The translations under genes and the position numbers were made by a program. A stretch of DNA of 62,635 nt, counting the filler. It is 6 parts of 6 records of this genome, joined end to end, with 100 filler letters (N's around TTAATTAATTAA, not from the genome) between each part and the next. Parts side by side here need not be neighbours in the genome. Positions count along the whole stretch, not along the records: positions 36,251 to 46,756 come from SRR20825019_646; positions 46,857 to 53,587 come from SRR20825019_650; 4 more parts are not named here. One strand, given 5' to 3'. Positions 41,367 through 50,867 of the stretch are shown here, one piece after another; within the stretch, counting starts at the first letter, position 1; every line of letters starts with the position of its first letter. The notes under the pieces were generated by a model. The model searched no databases, had not been told where the DNA came from, and saw only the letters and a program-made list of their open reading frames with translations.

Positions 41367-41788
41367 TGGCCGACATCTGGTCCAAAACCAAACGTTCCGA
41401 AGTGATGTCACGCATCAAGGGCAGCGGCAACAAGGGCACCGAGTTGAAACTCATTGAGATATTCAAGGCTCATGGAATCACCGGATGGCGACGCAAGGCA
41501 GCCCTCACCGGCAAACCGGATTTTGTTTTTCGCAAACTCAAGCTAGCCGTCTTCGTGGACGGCTGCTTTTGGCACTGCTGCCCGATTCATGCGACCCAGC
41601 CCAAAACGAATGTCGAGTTTTGGAAAACGAAGATTTCCCGTAATCAAGCCCGTGATCGCCTCGTCACCAGAACACTCCGTTCTGAAGGCTGGCGGGTTCT
41701 GCGCATCTGGGAACATGAGCTGTCCCAAAAATACGCCAAGAGGCTGGCCGCACGTTTACGCAGGGCCGGTCTGCTTGCTCCCGTTTGA
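41366..41788 (+). CDS. vsr: Very-short-patch repair endonuclease
   Basis: MAD......RS..MSRI, GKPDFV, AVFVDGCFWH.C, FW..KI..N..RD, GWRVLRIWEHE; ATG overlaps the upstream TGA. Confidence 0.95.
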   Translation: MADIWSKTKRSEVMSRIKGSGNKGTELKLIEIFKAHGITGWRRKAALTGKPDFVFRKLKLAVFVDGCFWHCCPIHATQPKTNVEFWKTKISRNQARDRLVTRTLRSEGWRVLRIWEHELSQKYAKRLAARLRRAGLLAPV

Positions 41789-41944
41789 TTTCGGAGTGTT
41801 TGCCCATCGCGCCTTGGCTGCCTTGCTGGCCGCCTCACTGCGTTTTTTAGCCCCCACTCCCTTCCATCGGGATTTCCCCGCCTTGGCCTGCTGCGGCGCA
41901 GGCGCGTCCCATTCATGACCGCACTTCGGACACGTATGCTTCAA
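41756..41944 (-). CDS. Small basic protein (CPKCGH knuckle + RSEAASKAAKARW helix)
   Basis: 62 aa, Lys/Ala/Arg-rich; GGAGG RBS; start overlaps the stop of the upstream gene. Confidence 0.65.
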   Translation of the reverse strand: MKHTCPKCGHEWDAPAPQQAKAGKSRWKGVGAKKRSEAASKAAKARWANTPKSNGSKQTGPA

Positions 41945-42234
41945 CGCACAACCTCCGAAATCGGCACGACCTTAAGCGGAACTTTTAACACCGTCTCAAA
42001 AAACCGGCGTTTCATTTCCTCGTTATCGCGTCCGTCATAAATCTGCGCTTCTTCAAGGGGAACGAGGGCTGCGACCAAACCGTGTAGTCCAACAGCGCGT
42101 CCATCTTCGCTGGCGAGAAACCATTGAACCTCGGCCAGTGCCTTGTTGCGTGCGCTTGTTTTGGGTTTGGTAGAACCGTTCATCACCCTCGAAATCCGTT
42201 CCTGCACTTCCCCTGCTCCGAGATTATTTTTCAT
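41941..42234 (-). CDS. Hypothetical protein
   Basis: 97-aa ORF coupled to the downstream small gene by a 4-nt overlap. Confidence 0.55.
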   Translation of the reverse strand: MKNNLGAGEVQERISRVMNGSTKPKTSARNKALAEVQWFLASEDGRAVGLHGLVAALVPLEEAQIYDGRDNEEMKRRFFETVLKVPLKVVPISEVVR

Positions 42235-42344
42235 GGTAAAATAGTATGCAAACGCGCTCGTATAACAACCTCATTGTTTAAAAAAAAGCACGAGCTACAG
42301 AGCATCTGATTCACTGGTCGTCCCATCTCGTAAAGCATCGCACT

Positions 42345-42971
42345 TTGGGTCCGTGCCATCATACTTTTCCCCGTTTGAAGCCCCTGGCCCTATCCCCCAA
42401 CCCTCGCTATGTTGAACTGCGTGACACCCTCGCGGCTCATCCCGATTGGCTGGCACTTTGGAGCGGACATTTCTTTCGGTTCCAGACCATTTATTTTCCA
42501 ACCGCCAAAGACATCCTTTCAGGCGCTGGGGCCAAGCAGCGTGGCGGACGTTGGAACCCTCCGGGCCTCGCCGCCATTTATGGCAACACCACCGATACTG
42601 CGGCATTGGAAGAGGCCAAGGCCAATGACCGTTACTACGGTCTCGAAACCAAGACCCCGCGTCTCGTCGTCGCCATCCATGCCAAGCTCAAAAAGATGCT
42701 CGATCTCACCTCAGCCAGGGTTCGCCGACGATTGGGGATCACGTTGGCCGAACTCGCCCAAGAGGACTGGCGGAAGCTCCTCCAATCGGGACAAGAAAGT
42801 CTTTCACAGGCATTGGGTCGCGCGACGGCTGAGGTTGGCGCATCCGGAGTCTTGGTCCGTTCCGCCGCTATTCGCAAAGCCCACAATGTCGTTATATTCC
42901 CACCAACCGGTCACCTTTCCGTGATTGAGGGTGCTGCGCTCAGCCGACTGACCAAGGCAACGAAGACTTGA
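42345..42971 (+). CDS. RES-domain toxin (NAD+ phosphorylase/ParT-MbcT family)
   Basis: FFR, GGRWNPPG..AIY, ALEE, SQALG, GVLVRSA, NVVIFP. Exact start uncertain. Confidence 0.88.
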   Translation: MGPCHHTFPRLKPLALSPNPRYVELRDTLAAHPDWLALWSGHFFRFQTIYFPTAKDILSGAGAKQRGGRWNPPGLAAIYGNTTDTAALEEAKANDRYYGLETKTPRLVVAIHAKLKKMLDLTSARVRRRLGITLAELAQEDWRKLLQSGQESLSQALGRATAEVGASGVLVRSAAIRKAHNVVIFPPTGHLSVIEGAALSRLTKATKT

Positions 42972-43005
42972 TATCTGCAAAATTGCAGGTTTTATTGCAG
43001 GCACA

Positions 43006-43416
43006 ATGAACACACTCACCCGCAAGACCAAGCCAGTCAAAGCACCGGCTAGCATGGCCCTGTTTCGATTTCAGCACCGGGGAGCGGACAATTATGCGGA
43101 CTTACTTAAGTTCTATCGAACTTTATACCAAGTCACCCAAGCCCAACTGGTGCGGCTTACCGGTTTCTCCCCTCGCTCGATCGCCAAATGGAGCCAGGGC
43201 GAAACACCTTCACCCAAACAGGAGAAGGCATTGGTCGAGATGGATCGTTTGTTTGACGGTCTTGCCCGCGTGATCGAACCCGCGCAAGTCGGTCGCTGGC
43301 TTACGACCCCCAATCCCGCCTTCGATGGTTCGACTCCTTTGCAGGTCGTGGAACGCGGCGAGCTGGATCGTATCTGGCGCATGCTCTATGACCTCGAGTC
43401 AGGTGAACCGGGTTAG
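43006..43416 (+). CDS. Xre/MbcA/ParS-type antitoxin (HTH + toxin-binding C-terminal domain)
   Basis: TQAQLVRLTGFSPRSIAKW HTH; RWLTTPNPAFDGSTPL. Confidence 0.88.
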   Translation: MNTLTRKTKPVKAPASMALFRFQHRGADNYADLLKFYRTLYQVTQAQLVRLTGFSPRSIAKWSQGETPSPKQEKALVEMDRLFDGLARVIEPAQVGRWLTTPNPAFDGSTPLQVVERGELDRIWRMLYDLESGEPG

Positions 43417-43500
43417 CGCGAAACCGCGTTTCCTAAATGCTTCAGACTCGAGTTAGGGTGATTGCGTCGCCGAGCAATCGCACGAGGATGACTTCCAGTT

Positions 43501-44502
43501 ATGGATTACTTTAAAGAGATCGGTGAAAAGCTTTCGGCGCGTTGTGGTGAGAGTGAATTGGGAGACGACTTTCCCGAGCTGGCTGCCGGAGTGCTGGCGG
43601 AGGTGCCGGTGCCCAAGAATATGGGGATCGAATTCATGGCTGATTGGGCGTTGGGACAGGAACGTTTGCCGGAGCAGGTTAATTTCCACAGTGGTTTCGG
43701 CGAACCGCCATTGGTGGTTTATGAGGAGCCACGGTTCTTTGCGGAGGTCTTGTTCTGGTTTCCCAGTCGAACCTCCATTCACAGTCACGGGTTTTACGGG
43801 GCTTATCGGGTTCTGTCCGGTTACTCGGTCGAGGCGGAGTTCGCCTATCACCGGGAATCGGAGCCCGTGCCCGGGATTCAATTGGGCGAGCTGGAGCCCA
43901 CCGGTCTACGGTTGATCACCCCCGGTGACATCTCGCGCATTTTACCGGAAGAGGCCTTCATTCACACGGTGATGCACATGGGCAACCCTTCGCTCACGCT
44001 GGTGATCCGCAACCGGGGAGAATTGGTGCAGTATGATTACGCCATGAACGGATTGGGCGTAAACGCCTACCAGGACTCCCCCACTCATGTGCGCCAGGCC
44101 GAGGTGCTGAGCGCGTATCACGAGGCGAACCCCGAGGATTTCGAAGCTCGACTACTCAAGTTTCTCCGAACCGGCAGCGCTCATCGGATGGCCCGGATTC
44201 TCAAGGAAATGGAGCATGAGCTCGACGAACGGTTTTTGAAGGGTCAGATCCGCGACCTGGCAGTGAAGCGATTCGGTCCCCTCGGTCAGGCGATTATCGA
44301 TTCCCTCACCCGAACCATTCGCGGCAACAACATCTGGAATGAAGTCGCAGCCATCGATGATCCCGCGCTGCAACTGCAGACGGCGTTGAGTGATCTTTTT
44401 CCCAAGCGCAAGAAGCTGCTGAACGTCGTGCGCCGCACTGTCCCCGACCGCGACCCCGAAGAGGTCTTGGCCAGTTGGGGCGAGAGAGTGCGGAAGGTGT
44501 AG
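43501..44502 (+). CDS. Cupin (cysteine-dioxygenase-like) domain protein with helical C-terminal extension
   Basis: LFW....TSIHSH..G...VL.G and FIHTV.H metal-ligand pattern. Confidence 0.65.
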   Translation: MDYFKEIGEKLSARCGESELGDDFPELAAGVLAEVPVPKNMGIEFMADWALGQERLPEQVNFHSGFGEPPLVVYEEPRFFAEVLFWFPSRTSIHSHGFYGAYRVLSGYSVEAEFAYHRESEPVPGIQLGELEPTGLRLITPGDISRILPEEAFIHTVMHMGNPSLTLVIRNRGELVQYDYAMNGLGVNAYQDSPTHVRQAEVLSAYHEANPEDFEARLLKFLRTGSAHRMARILKEMEHELDERFLKGQIRDLAVKRFGPLGQAIIDSLTRTIRGNNIWNEVAAIDDPALQLQTALSDLFPKRKKLLNVVRRTVPDRDPEEVLASWGERVRKV

Positions 44503-44706
44503 GTTTTAAGCGGAAAGCTGTAAGCAGGAAGCCGTAAGATGAATGCTAATTCGGACCGGCCTCAACGAGGCCAGCTACAACAAACCTTGGTAATAATGGA
44601 CTCAGTTCTTGTGCTTTTTGAGCCTCTTGCGGCCAATAACAATCCAGCACGTCCGACAGAAACACGGCCTGCGGCCAGATCGACAAGCTCACGGCCTATC
44701 GGTCCT

Positions 44707-45486
44707 TCACCGCGCCCTCGTCCGCAGTTCTGTCGGTGAGAGTTTGAAATGTTTGCGGAAGAGTTTGGAGAGTTGGTATTCGTCGGTCAGGCCGACGGCG
44801 GGGGCAATGGCTTTAACGGGAAGTCCCGAGGTGAGGAGCATCGCACGGGCTTGGTTAAGACGGATCGACTGCAGCTCCCGCATGGGGGTGCGTCCGCTCA
44901 GGCGTTTGAATTTACGCACAAAGGCAAATTTGCTCATGCCACCTTGCTGGGCAAGATCGGCCAAGGTGAGCGATTCCGCGTGTTGCTGCTGCATGTAATC
45001 GCGCAGCGCCGTGAGCCACGGATCCATGGGGGTCGCGACCAAGCGCCGCATCTCGTTGAGCGTGGCCGTCAGCAACGCCCGTTGTCGGTCGGGACGGACT
45101 CCGGCCAGGTGATCGCGCACCAACCAGGATACCATTTCCCGCACCCGGGCCTCGGCATCCCGCAAGCGGAGCGGCAACTCCCGCAGGATCGCATCGTTTG
45201 CCTCGAATGCGATGTAGAAGGTATTGACCGGATCCTGCGAATCGGAGGTTTCCCGATGGGGCATTCCCGCTCGATAGAACAGGAGATCCCCCCGCACCGC
45301 CCGAATCGTTTCTTCTTCGGTTTCCAAAAGCATGCGGCCCCCGAGCACCACAATCAATTCATGTATCGGATGATGGTGCATCGGCATGTGCCAATGCTTG
45401 TCGGGCTCAATTTCCGCCCCACTCAGAAATACGATCGACGAGTCATTCATGAGCAATTTCTGACAAGTCTCGGCAACGCCAACCAT
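44707..45486 (-). CDS. AraC family transcriptional regulator
   Basis: N-terminal cupin (MHHHPIHELIVV.GG...HRE); C-terminal double HTH (LADLA...GMSK..F.R.FK...G.TP, IA..VG..D...SK.FRK....SP). Start may be 45450. Confidence 0.92.
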   Translation of the reverse strand: MVGVAETCQKLLMNDSSIVFLSGAEIEPDKHWHMPMHHHPIHELIVVLGGRMLLETEEETIRAVRGDLLFYRAGMPHRETSDSQDPVNTFYIAFEANDAILRELPLRLRDAEARVREMVSWLVRDHLAGVRPDRQRALLTATLNEMRRLVATPMDPWLTALRDYMQQQHAESLTLADLAQQGGMSKFAFVRKFKRLSGRTPMRELQSIRLNQARAMLLTSGLPVKAIAPAVGLTDEYQLSKLFRKHFKLSPTELRTRAR

Positions 45487-45540
45487 TCACGCGAGTTCCG
45501 ATTTCTGATAATCTCAGGACATCCCCCACGAGTTTTGAAG

Positions 45541-45626
45541 GTGGGCGCGCAGGTCCCACTGCGTGCCTCGGACAGTCACCGCTTACCCCACTCCAACCTG
45601 ACGGGCACAGGGACGTGCCCATCCAC
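45541..45626. repeat. REP-like inverted doublet (REPIN-like)
   Basis: GTGG+GCGCGCAG-gtccca-CTGCGTGC on + and GTGG+ATGGGCAC-gtccct-GTGCCCGT on -, 34 nt apart. Confidence 0.55.
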
Positions 45627-45637
45627 CCACTCCCCTT

Positions 45638-46696
45638 ATGTCTCAAAAAATCCGAATTGCTTTCGCCGGTGTCGGCGGCATGGGCCAAGCGGCCCATCTT
45701 CGTAATTACGCTTCCCTCAAAGAGGATTGCGAAGTCGTCGCTCTGGCCGAGCTCCGCCCCAAGCTCGCCGCCGCCGTGGCCAAAAAATACGATGTGCCCA
45801 GCACCTACGCCACGATCAGCGAGATGTTGGCCGCGGAAAAGGTCGATGCGATCGTGGCCTCCCAACCGTTTACCCGGCACGGGATTCTCGTGCCCGAACT
45901 CGCGCAGGCCGGCGTGCCCATTTTTACGGAAAAGCCGATCGCCGCCTCCGTCGCGGTGGGTGAACGCATCGTCGACTCAATCAACTCCAGCGGCACGTGG
46001 CACATGGTCGGTTATCACAAACGCAGCGATCCGGCCACGGAGTATGCGCGCCAAACCATCACGGATTTGAAGACCAGCGGTGAAGTGGGCAAGATGACCT
46101 ACATCCGCATCGCGATGCCGCCGGGGGATTGGATCGCCTCGGGCTGGAACGATAATCTCCACACGGATGATCCGATGCCGAATCTGGAGCTCGATCCCAA
46201 ACCGGCCGATATGGACGACGCGACCGCCGCTGACTACGAGGCTTTCGTCAATTACTACATCCATCAGGTCAATCTCCTCCGCTTCCTCCTCGGCGAATCC
46301 TACACCGTCTCCTACGCCGATCCTGCGAAGGTGCTTTTCGTCGCCCACAGTGCCAGCGGCGTGCCCTGCACGATCGAGATGGCGGCATATGAGACCACGA
46401 TCGACTGGCAGGAAACGGCCCTCGTCGCGTTCGAGCGCGGTTACGTGAAACTCACCCTCCCTGCCCCGCTCGCCCACACCCGCCCCGGCTCCGTGGAAAT
46501 TTTCAAGGATCCCGGCAACGGCGTCACTCCGGTAACCCTGCAACCGCAGATGCCCTGGGTCCATGCCATGCGCAATCAGGCGCTCAACTTCATCAAAGCC
46601 GTGCGCGGCGAAGCCCCCGCTCCCTGCCTCGCGCCGGAAGCCCTCGAAGACATCCGCATCGCCCGCGAATACATCCGACTGCTCAAAGGCGTGTGA
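45638..46696 (+). CDS. Gfo/Idh/MocA family oxidoreductase
   Basis: IAFAGVGGMG, FTEKPIA, MVGYHKRSDP. Confidence 0.9.
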   Translation: MSQKIRIAFAGVGGMGQAAHLRNYASLKEDCEVVALAELRPKLAAAVAKKYDVPSTYATISEMLAAEKVDAIVASQPFTRHGILVPELAQAGVPIFTEKPIAASVAVGERIVDSINSSGTWHMVGYHKRSDPATEYARQTITDLKTSGEVGKMTYIRIAMPPGDWIASGWNDNLHTDDPMPNLELDPKPADMDDATAADYEAFVNYYIHQVNLLRFLLGESYTVSYADPAKVLFVAHSASGVPCTIEMAAYETTIDWQETALVAFERGYVKLTLPAPLAHTRPGSVEIFKDPGNGVTPVTLQPQMPWVHAMRNQALNFIKAVRGEAPAPCLAPEALEDIRIAREYIRLLKGV

Positions 46697-46756
46697 TCGA
46701 TTCCCAATCCCATCTACCTTCATCCCTCCTCCTTCTCTTACTTCGTTATCTTAATC

Positions 46757-46856
46757 NNNNNNNNNNNNNNNNNNNNNNNNNNNNNNNNNNNNNNNNNNNN
46801 TTAATTAATTAANNNNNNNNNNNNNNNNNNNNNNNNNNNNNNNNNNNNNNNNNNNN
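46757..46856. other. Artificial contig spacer
   Basis: N-run/TTAATTAATTAA/N-run. Confidence 0.98.
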
Positions 46857-48083
46857 GATCACGTCGATCGCCTTGTCCGGCAATTTGCGGTCGGTGATGT
46901 AGCGCGCACTCAGCTCCACCGCGGCCTTGAGGGCATCATCGGTATATTTGAGCTTGTGGAACTCTTCGAAATACGGCCGCAGGCCTTTGACGATCTCGAT
47001 GGCATCGGGAACGGTCGGTTCATTGACGTCGATCTTCTGGAAGCGACGCACCAGCGCCCGATCCTTCTCGAAGAACTGGCGATACTCCTTGTAGGTGGTC
47101 GAACCGATGCAACGGATCGCTCCACTCGCCAAGGCCGGCTTGAGCAGGTTCGAGGCATCGAGCGCGCCGCCCGAAGTCGCACCGGCGCCGATCATGGTGT
47201 GAATTTCGTCGATGAAGAGCACCGCATCGGGCATCTTCTCAAGTTCCTTCATCACCGCCTTCAGCCGCTCTTCGAAGTCGCCGCGATAGCGCGTACCGGC
47301 CAGCAGCGCGCCCATGTCGAGCGCATAAATGACCGCTTCCTTGAGCACCTCGGGCACATCGCCCTCGATGATCTTGCGCGCCAGGCCTTCGGCAATGGCC
47401 GTTTTGCCCACGCCCGCGTCACCGACATAGAGCGGATTGTTCTTGGATCGACGGCACAGCACCTGGATGGTCCGGCGCAACTCAGTATCGCGGCCAATCA
47501 GCGGGTCAATCTTGCCGGCACGGGCCTTCTCGTTGAGATTGACGCAGAAATCGGCCAATGCCGAACTCTTCTTGGCTTCCGGGCCACCTTCGGAGTGCGC
47601 TTCACCCTCCTCGGCGCCGTGTACCTTGCGCTCTTCGCTGGGGCCGGATTTGGTGATGCCGTGGGAGATGAAATTGACTGCGTCGAGCCGGCTCATGTCC
47701 TGCTGTTCGAGGAAATAAGCCGCGTGACTTTCCCGCTCTGCAAAGATGGCAACGAGCACATTGGCACCCGTAACCTCTTCGCGACCGGACGACTGGACAT
47801 GTATCACGGCGCGCTGGATCACGCGCTGGAAGGCAGCCGTGGGCCGCGCATCCTGGCCGTTCTGCACGACCAGGCTGTCCAGTTCTTCATTGATGAAATC
47901 TTCGAGGTCGCTCTTGAGCGCGTCGATATCGACATCGCACCCGGTCAGCACGGCCAGGGTATCGCGATCGTCCGTCAGGGCCAGAAGCAGATGCTCGAGC
48001 GTGGCGAACTCATGGTTGCGCTCACGGGCCAGGTTCATCGCCTGGTGCAGGGCCTTTTCGAGTCCGCGCGAAAATGAGGGCAT
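46857..48083 (-). CDS. clpA: ATP-dependent Clp protease ATP-binding subunit ClpA (truncated by contig end)
   Basis: HEFATLEHLLLAL, DPLIGR, GDAGVGKT, AGTRYRGDFEER, LFIDEIH, LPDKAIDV; downstream of clpS. Confidence 0.96.
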
Positions 48084-48092
48084 ATGATGTTC

Positions 48093-48560
48093 CTACTGTT
48101 TTTCCATCACGCATTGCAGCGGATGCTGGTTCTTGCGTGCCGTATCCATCACGCGGGTCACCTTGGTCTCGGCAACCTCGTATGGATATACGCCGCACTC
48201 ACCAACCCCCTTCTGGTGGACGTGCAGCATGATGCGCATGGCGTCTTCGCGTGACTTGTTGAAGACGTCCTGCAGCACCAGAACGACGAATTCCATCGGC
48301 GTGTAGTCGTCGTTGAGCAGCAGAACCCGATAAAGGTTCGGCTTTTTGGTTTTGGGACGCGTCTTGGTCACCGTCCCGGTTTCGAAATCGGCATCGTTCC
48401 CACCGGGGCGGCCAGGTTCGCCATCCTTGGGACCGGCATAGACGCGCCATGGCGTCGGGAGCCGGCTTGTGGACGGCACATTTTCTTTGAACAGCATGGG
48501 AGTCACAGTCATGGCAGTCGCTCTGTCGCCAGAGGAAACGAAGCAGTTGGTTGGACCCAT
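48093..48560 (-). CDS. clpS: ClpS adaptor (true start probably downstream of 48560)
   Basis: [37 protein letters not shown]. Confidence 0.95.
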   Translation of the reverse strand: MGPTNCFVSSGDRATAMTVTPMLFKENVPSTSRLPTPWRVYAGPKDGEPGRPGGNDADFETGTVTKTRPKTKKPNLYRVLLLNDDYTPMEFVVLVLQDVFNKSREDAMRIMLHVHQKGVGECGVYPYEVAETKVTRVMDTARKNQHPLQCVMEKQ

Positions 48561-48840
48561 TATGTAGGCAAAATCGGCCCCGTGTTAAGGGCCATCGCTT
48601 CCCGAAAATGTGAGCGCCTCTGACGGCCGCCCCAAGCCGGATAAATCCGTGCTGCCCAGCAGGGCTTTGCCACGCCCCTGTTGCCCGAAACAAACGCCCC
48701 GCCAAAAAAACTTTGCATTTTACGGATTCGTAACGGCGGCGGCCTAACCTCTGCAAAGGATGAATTTTACCGGTTTGGGGACACGCGAATTCATCCTGCG
48801 TCAAACGAGTAGCGTACGGGCCAGTCGCCCGATTGAGTAA

Positions 48841-50418
48841 TTGGAGTACCGGGTGATTTTCCTGGCAAAGACCCCCTGGCGCACCACCTTTTTGCGTGCT
48901 GTGGCCGCCATTCTTGTGACCTTCGCCCTTGGCCTGTCCGCCGCGGCGCCCGTCCATGCAATCGAAAACCTGCGGAAATATGCAGGTGTCGTTGTTGACG
49001 CCAAGTCCGGCAAGGTTCTCTACGAGCACGAGGCCGACTCGCGGCGTTACCCGGCGTCTGTTGCCAAGGTAATGACGCTCTACGTCCTTTTTCAGGAACT
49101 GCAGGCGGGCAATCTGAGCCTGTCGACCAAGATGACGGTGTCCCGACACGCCGCTTCCGCCGTTCCCACCAAGCTGGGCCTGCGCGCCGGCTCCACCATT
49201 TCGGTCGAAGACGCGATGAAATCGCTGGTGACCCTTTCGGCCAACGACATGGCCCGCGTCATCGCCGAGCACATCTCGGGCACCGAGTCCAAATTCGCTG
49301 AACGTATGACCGCCACCGCCCGCGCCATGGGCATGTCGAACACCACTTACCGCAACGCGTCCGGTCTGCCGGATGGCCGCCAGATCACGACAGTGCGCGA
49401 CCAGGCCATCCTCGGAATGGCGGTCTATCAGCATTTCCCGCAATATTACGAGCTCTTCCAGACCACGGCCTTTCGCTATGGCGGCAAGACCTATGGCAAC
49501 CACAATCGCGTGTTGGGCTATATGGGTGCGGTCGACGGCATCAAGACCGGCTACATCAACGCTGCGGGTTCGAACCTGCTGACCGCCGCTCGCAAGGACA
49601 ATCGCCACATCATCGTTGTTGCCTTCGGCTTTAATTCCGCAGCATCGCGCGATGAGAAGGTCCGTCAACTGGTATCGAGCTATCTGTCCAAGGGCCGTCG
49701 CGGCGACTATCTGCAGACCGCCATGGTTCCCGTTCCGGGCCGCCAGGGCAACACTCAGTTCGCCCTGGCCCAGCCGCGCAAGCCGACCTTCGCCATGCCC
49801 ACACCGATGCCGGACTTCCGTCTCGCCGCACTGGTCGCCTCCAATGGCGCGCAGCCCCAACAGACCCCCCAGGTGGCGGTGGCCTCCGCAGCTCCAGTTA
49901 CGCTGCCAACTCCGGTGCCTGCCGACCTGGGCCTTTCGCCCGCTGTTCAGGCTGCCAATGTGTTGGCTGCGCCAACCCAGGCAGCGCCGGCATATCCCAG
50001 CCAGGATGTCATCGGCGCATGGCTCAGCGAAACCTATAATCTGGGTGCGCCGCCGGCAGCTCTTGGCCAGACACCCGCTTCCACGCCGCTACTGCCGCCC
50101 GCCGATGTGTCCGGTGGCGCCGGACAACCGGTTGACCTGATGCATTCGGGCTCGGTTGCCGACGCGGCTCCAATCAGCGGCTGGATCGTGCAGATCGGCG
50201 CCGGCCCGTCCGAGGACAGCGCTCGTGCCATGCTGTCCGATGCAGCCGGCAAGGTTGGTTCGCTCGGAGACTTCCGCTCCTATGTCGAGCGGTTCGAAAA
50301 GAACGGTCAGGTCTTTTACCGCGCTCGCTTCGTCGGCTTTGGTGATCGAGACGCGGCGGCCAACATGTGTAATCGCCTCAAGGACCAGGACCTGGCCTGC
50401 CTGGCGATGCAGGGCTGA
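48841..50418 (+). CDS. D-alanyl-D-alanine carboxypeptidase (S11) with C-terminal SPOR domain
   Basis: PASVAK (SxxK), SAND (SxN), GIKTG; Pro/Ala linker; WIVQIGA...YRARF.GF...A...C..LK....C. Confidence 0.92.
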   Translation: MEYRVIFLAKTPWRTTFLRAVAAILVTFALGLSAAAPVHAIENLRKYAGVVVDAKSGKVLYEHEADSRRYPASVAKVMTLYVLFQELQAGNLSLSTKMTVSRHAASAVPTKLGLRAGSTISVEDAMKSLVTLSANDMARVIAEHISGTESKFAERMTATARAMGMSNTTYRNASGLPDGRQITTVRDQAILGMAVYQHFPQYYELFQTTAFRYGGKTYGNHNRVLGYMGAVDGIKTGYINAAGSNLLTAARKDNRHIIVVAFGFNSAASRDEKVRQLVSSYLSKGRRGDYLQTAMVPVPGRQGNTQFALAQPRKPTFAMPTPMPDFRLAALVASNGAQPQQTPQVAVASAAPVTLPTPVPADLGLSPAVQAANVLAAPTQAAPAYPSQDVIGAWLSETYNLGAPPAALGQTPASTPLLPPADVSGGAGQPVDLMHSGSVADAAPISGWIVQIGAGPSEDSARAMLSDAAGKVGSLGDFRSYVERFEKNGQVFYRARFVGFGDRDAAANMCNRLKDQDLACLAMQG

Positions 50419-50576
50419 CGCAAACGTCGGACCGTAAAGTGCTGCGCGGCTTTCGGGCAGCTCCGATGCGTGACTTGAGACTATCCGGTACGGCGGACCA
50501 ACCGCCGGCCGGGCAAAGGGATCGAAAAATTACGGTCCACGGGGATGCAATTGGTGCTTGTGTATGGAGTAGCCCA

Positions 50577-50849
50577 ATGAGTGAACGAAGTGCTCTTGTC
50601 GAACTGGCCAACTTCCTCGGCCGTTCGCCCCTCGCCTCACCCGATATGAAAGTGCGCAACAAGGCACTCAGCGGCATGACGGACCGCATGCTGCCGCGCC
50701 AGAAACGCTCGGTGGGCGATCTGCTTGGTGTGGTCATGGCCTTGTCCGCCAGGACGCGCCGCATGGCCCACGACCCTGCCCGCGTCGAGATCGACGTCTT
50801 TTCGCCAGATGGTTTGCGCGCGCTGCGCATGACCCTAGGCGATGACTGA
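50577..50849 (+). CDS. Hypothetical protein, 90 aa
   Basis: GGAG RBS before the ATG at 50577; fills the gap between the carboxypeptidase and MATE genes. Confidence 0.6.
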   Translation: MSERSALVELANFLGRSPLASPDMKVRNKALSGMTDRMLPRQKRSVGDLLGVVMALSARTRRMAHDPARVEIDVFSPDGLRALRMTLGDD

Positions 50850-50867
50850 GGAAAAAACCACGGCGCC

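Noticed and set aside
44749-45705. 318-aa plus-strand ORF
   Set aside because: Antisense to the clear AraC gene.
46956-49860. 373-aa and 553-aa ORFs
   Set aside because: Antisense or overlapping shadows of clpA, clpS and the carboxypeptidase.
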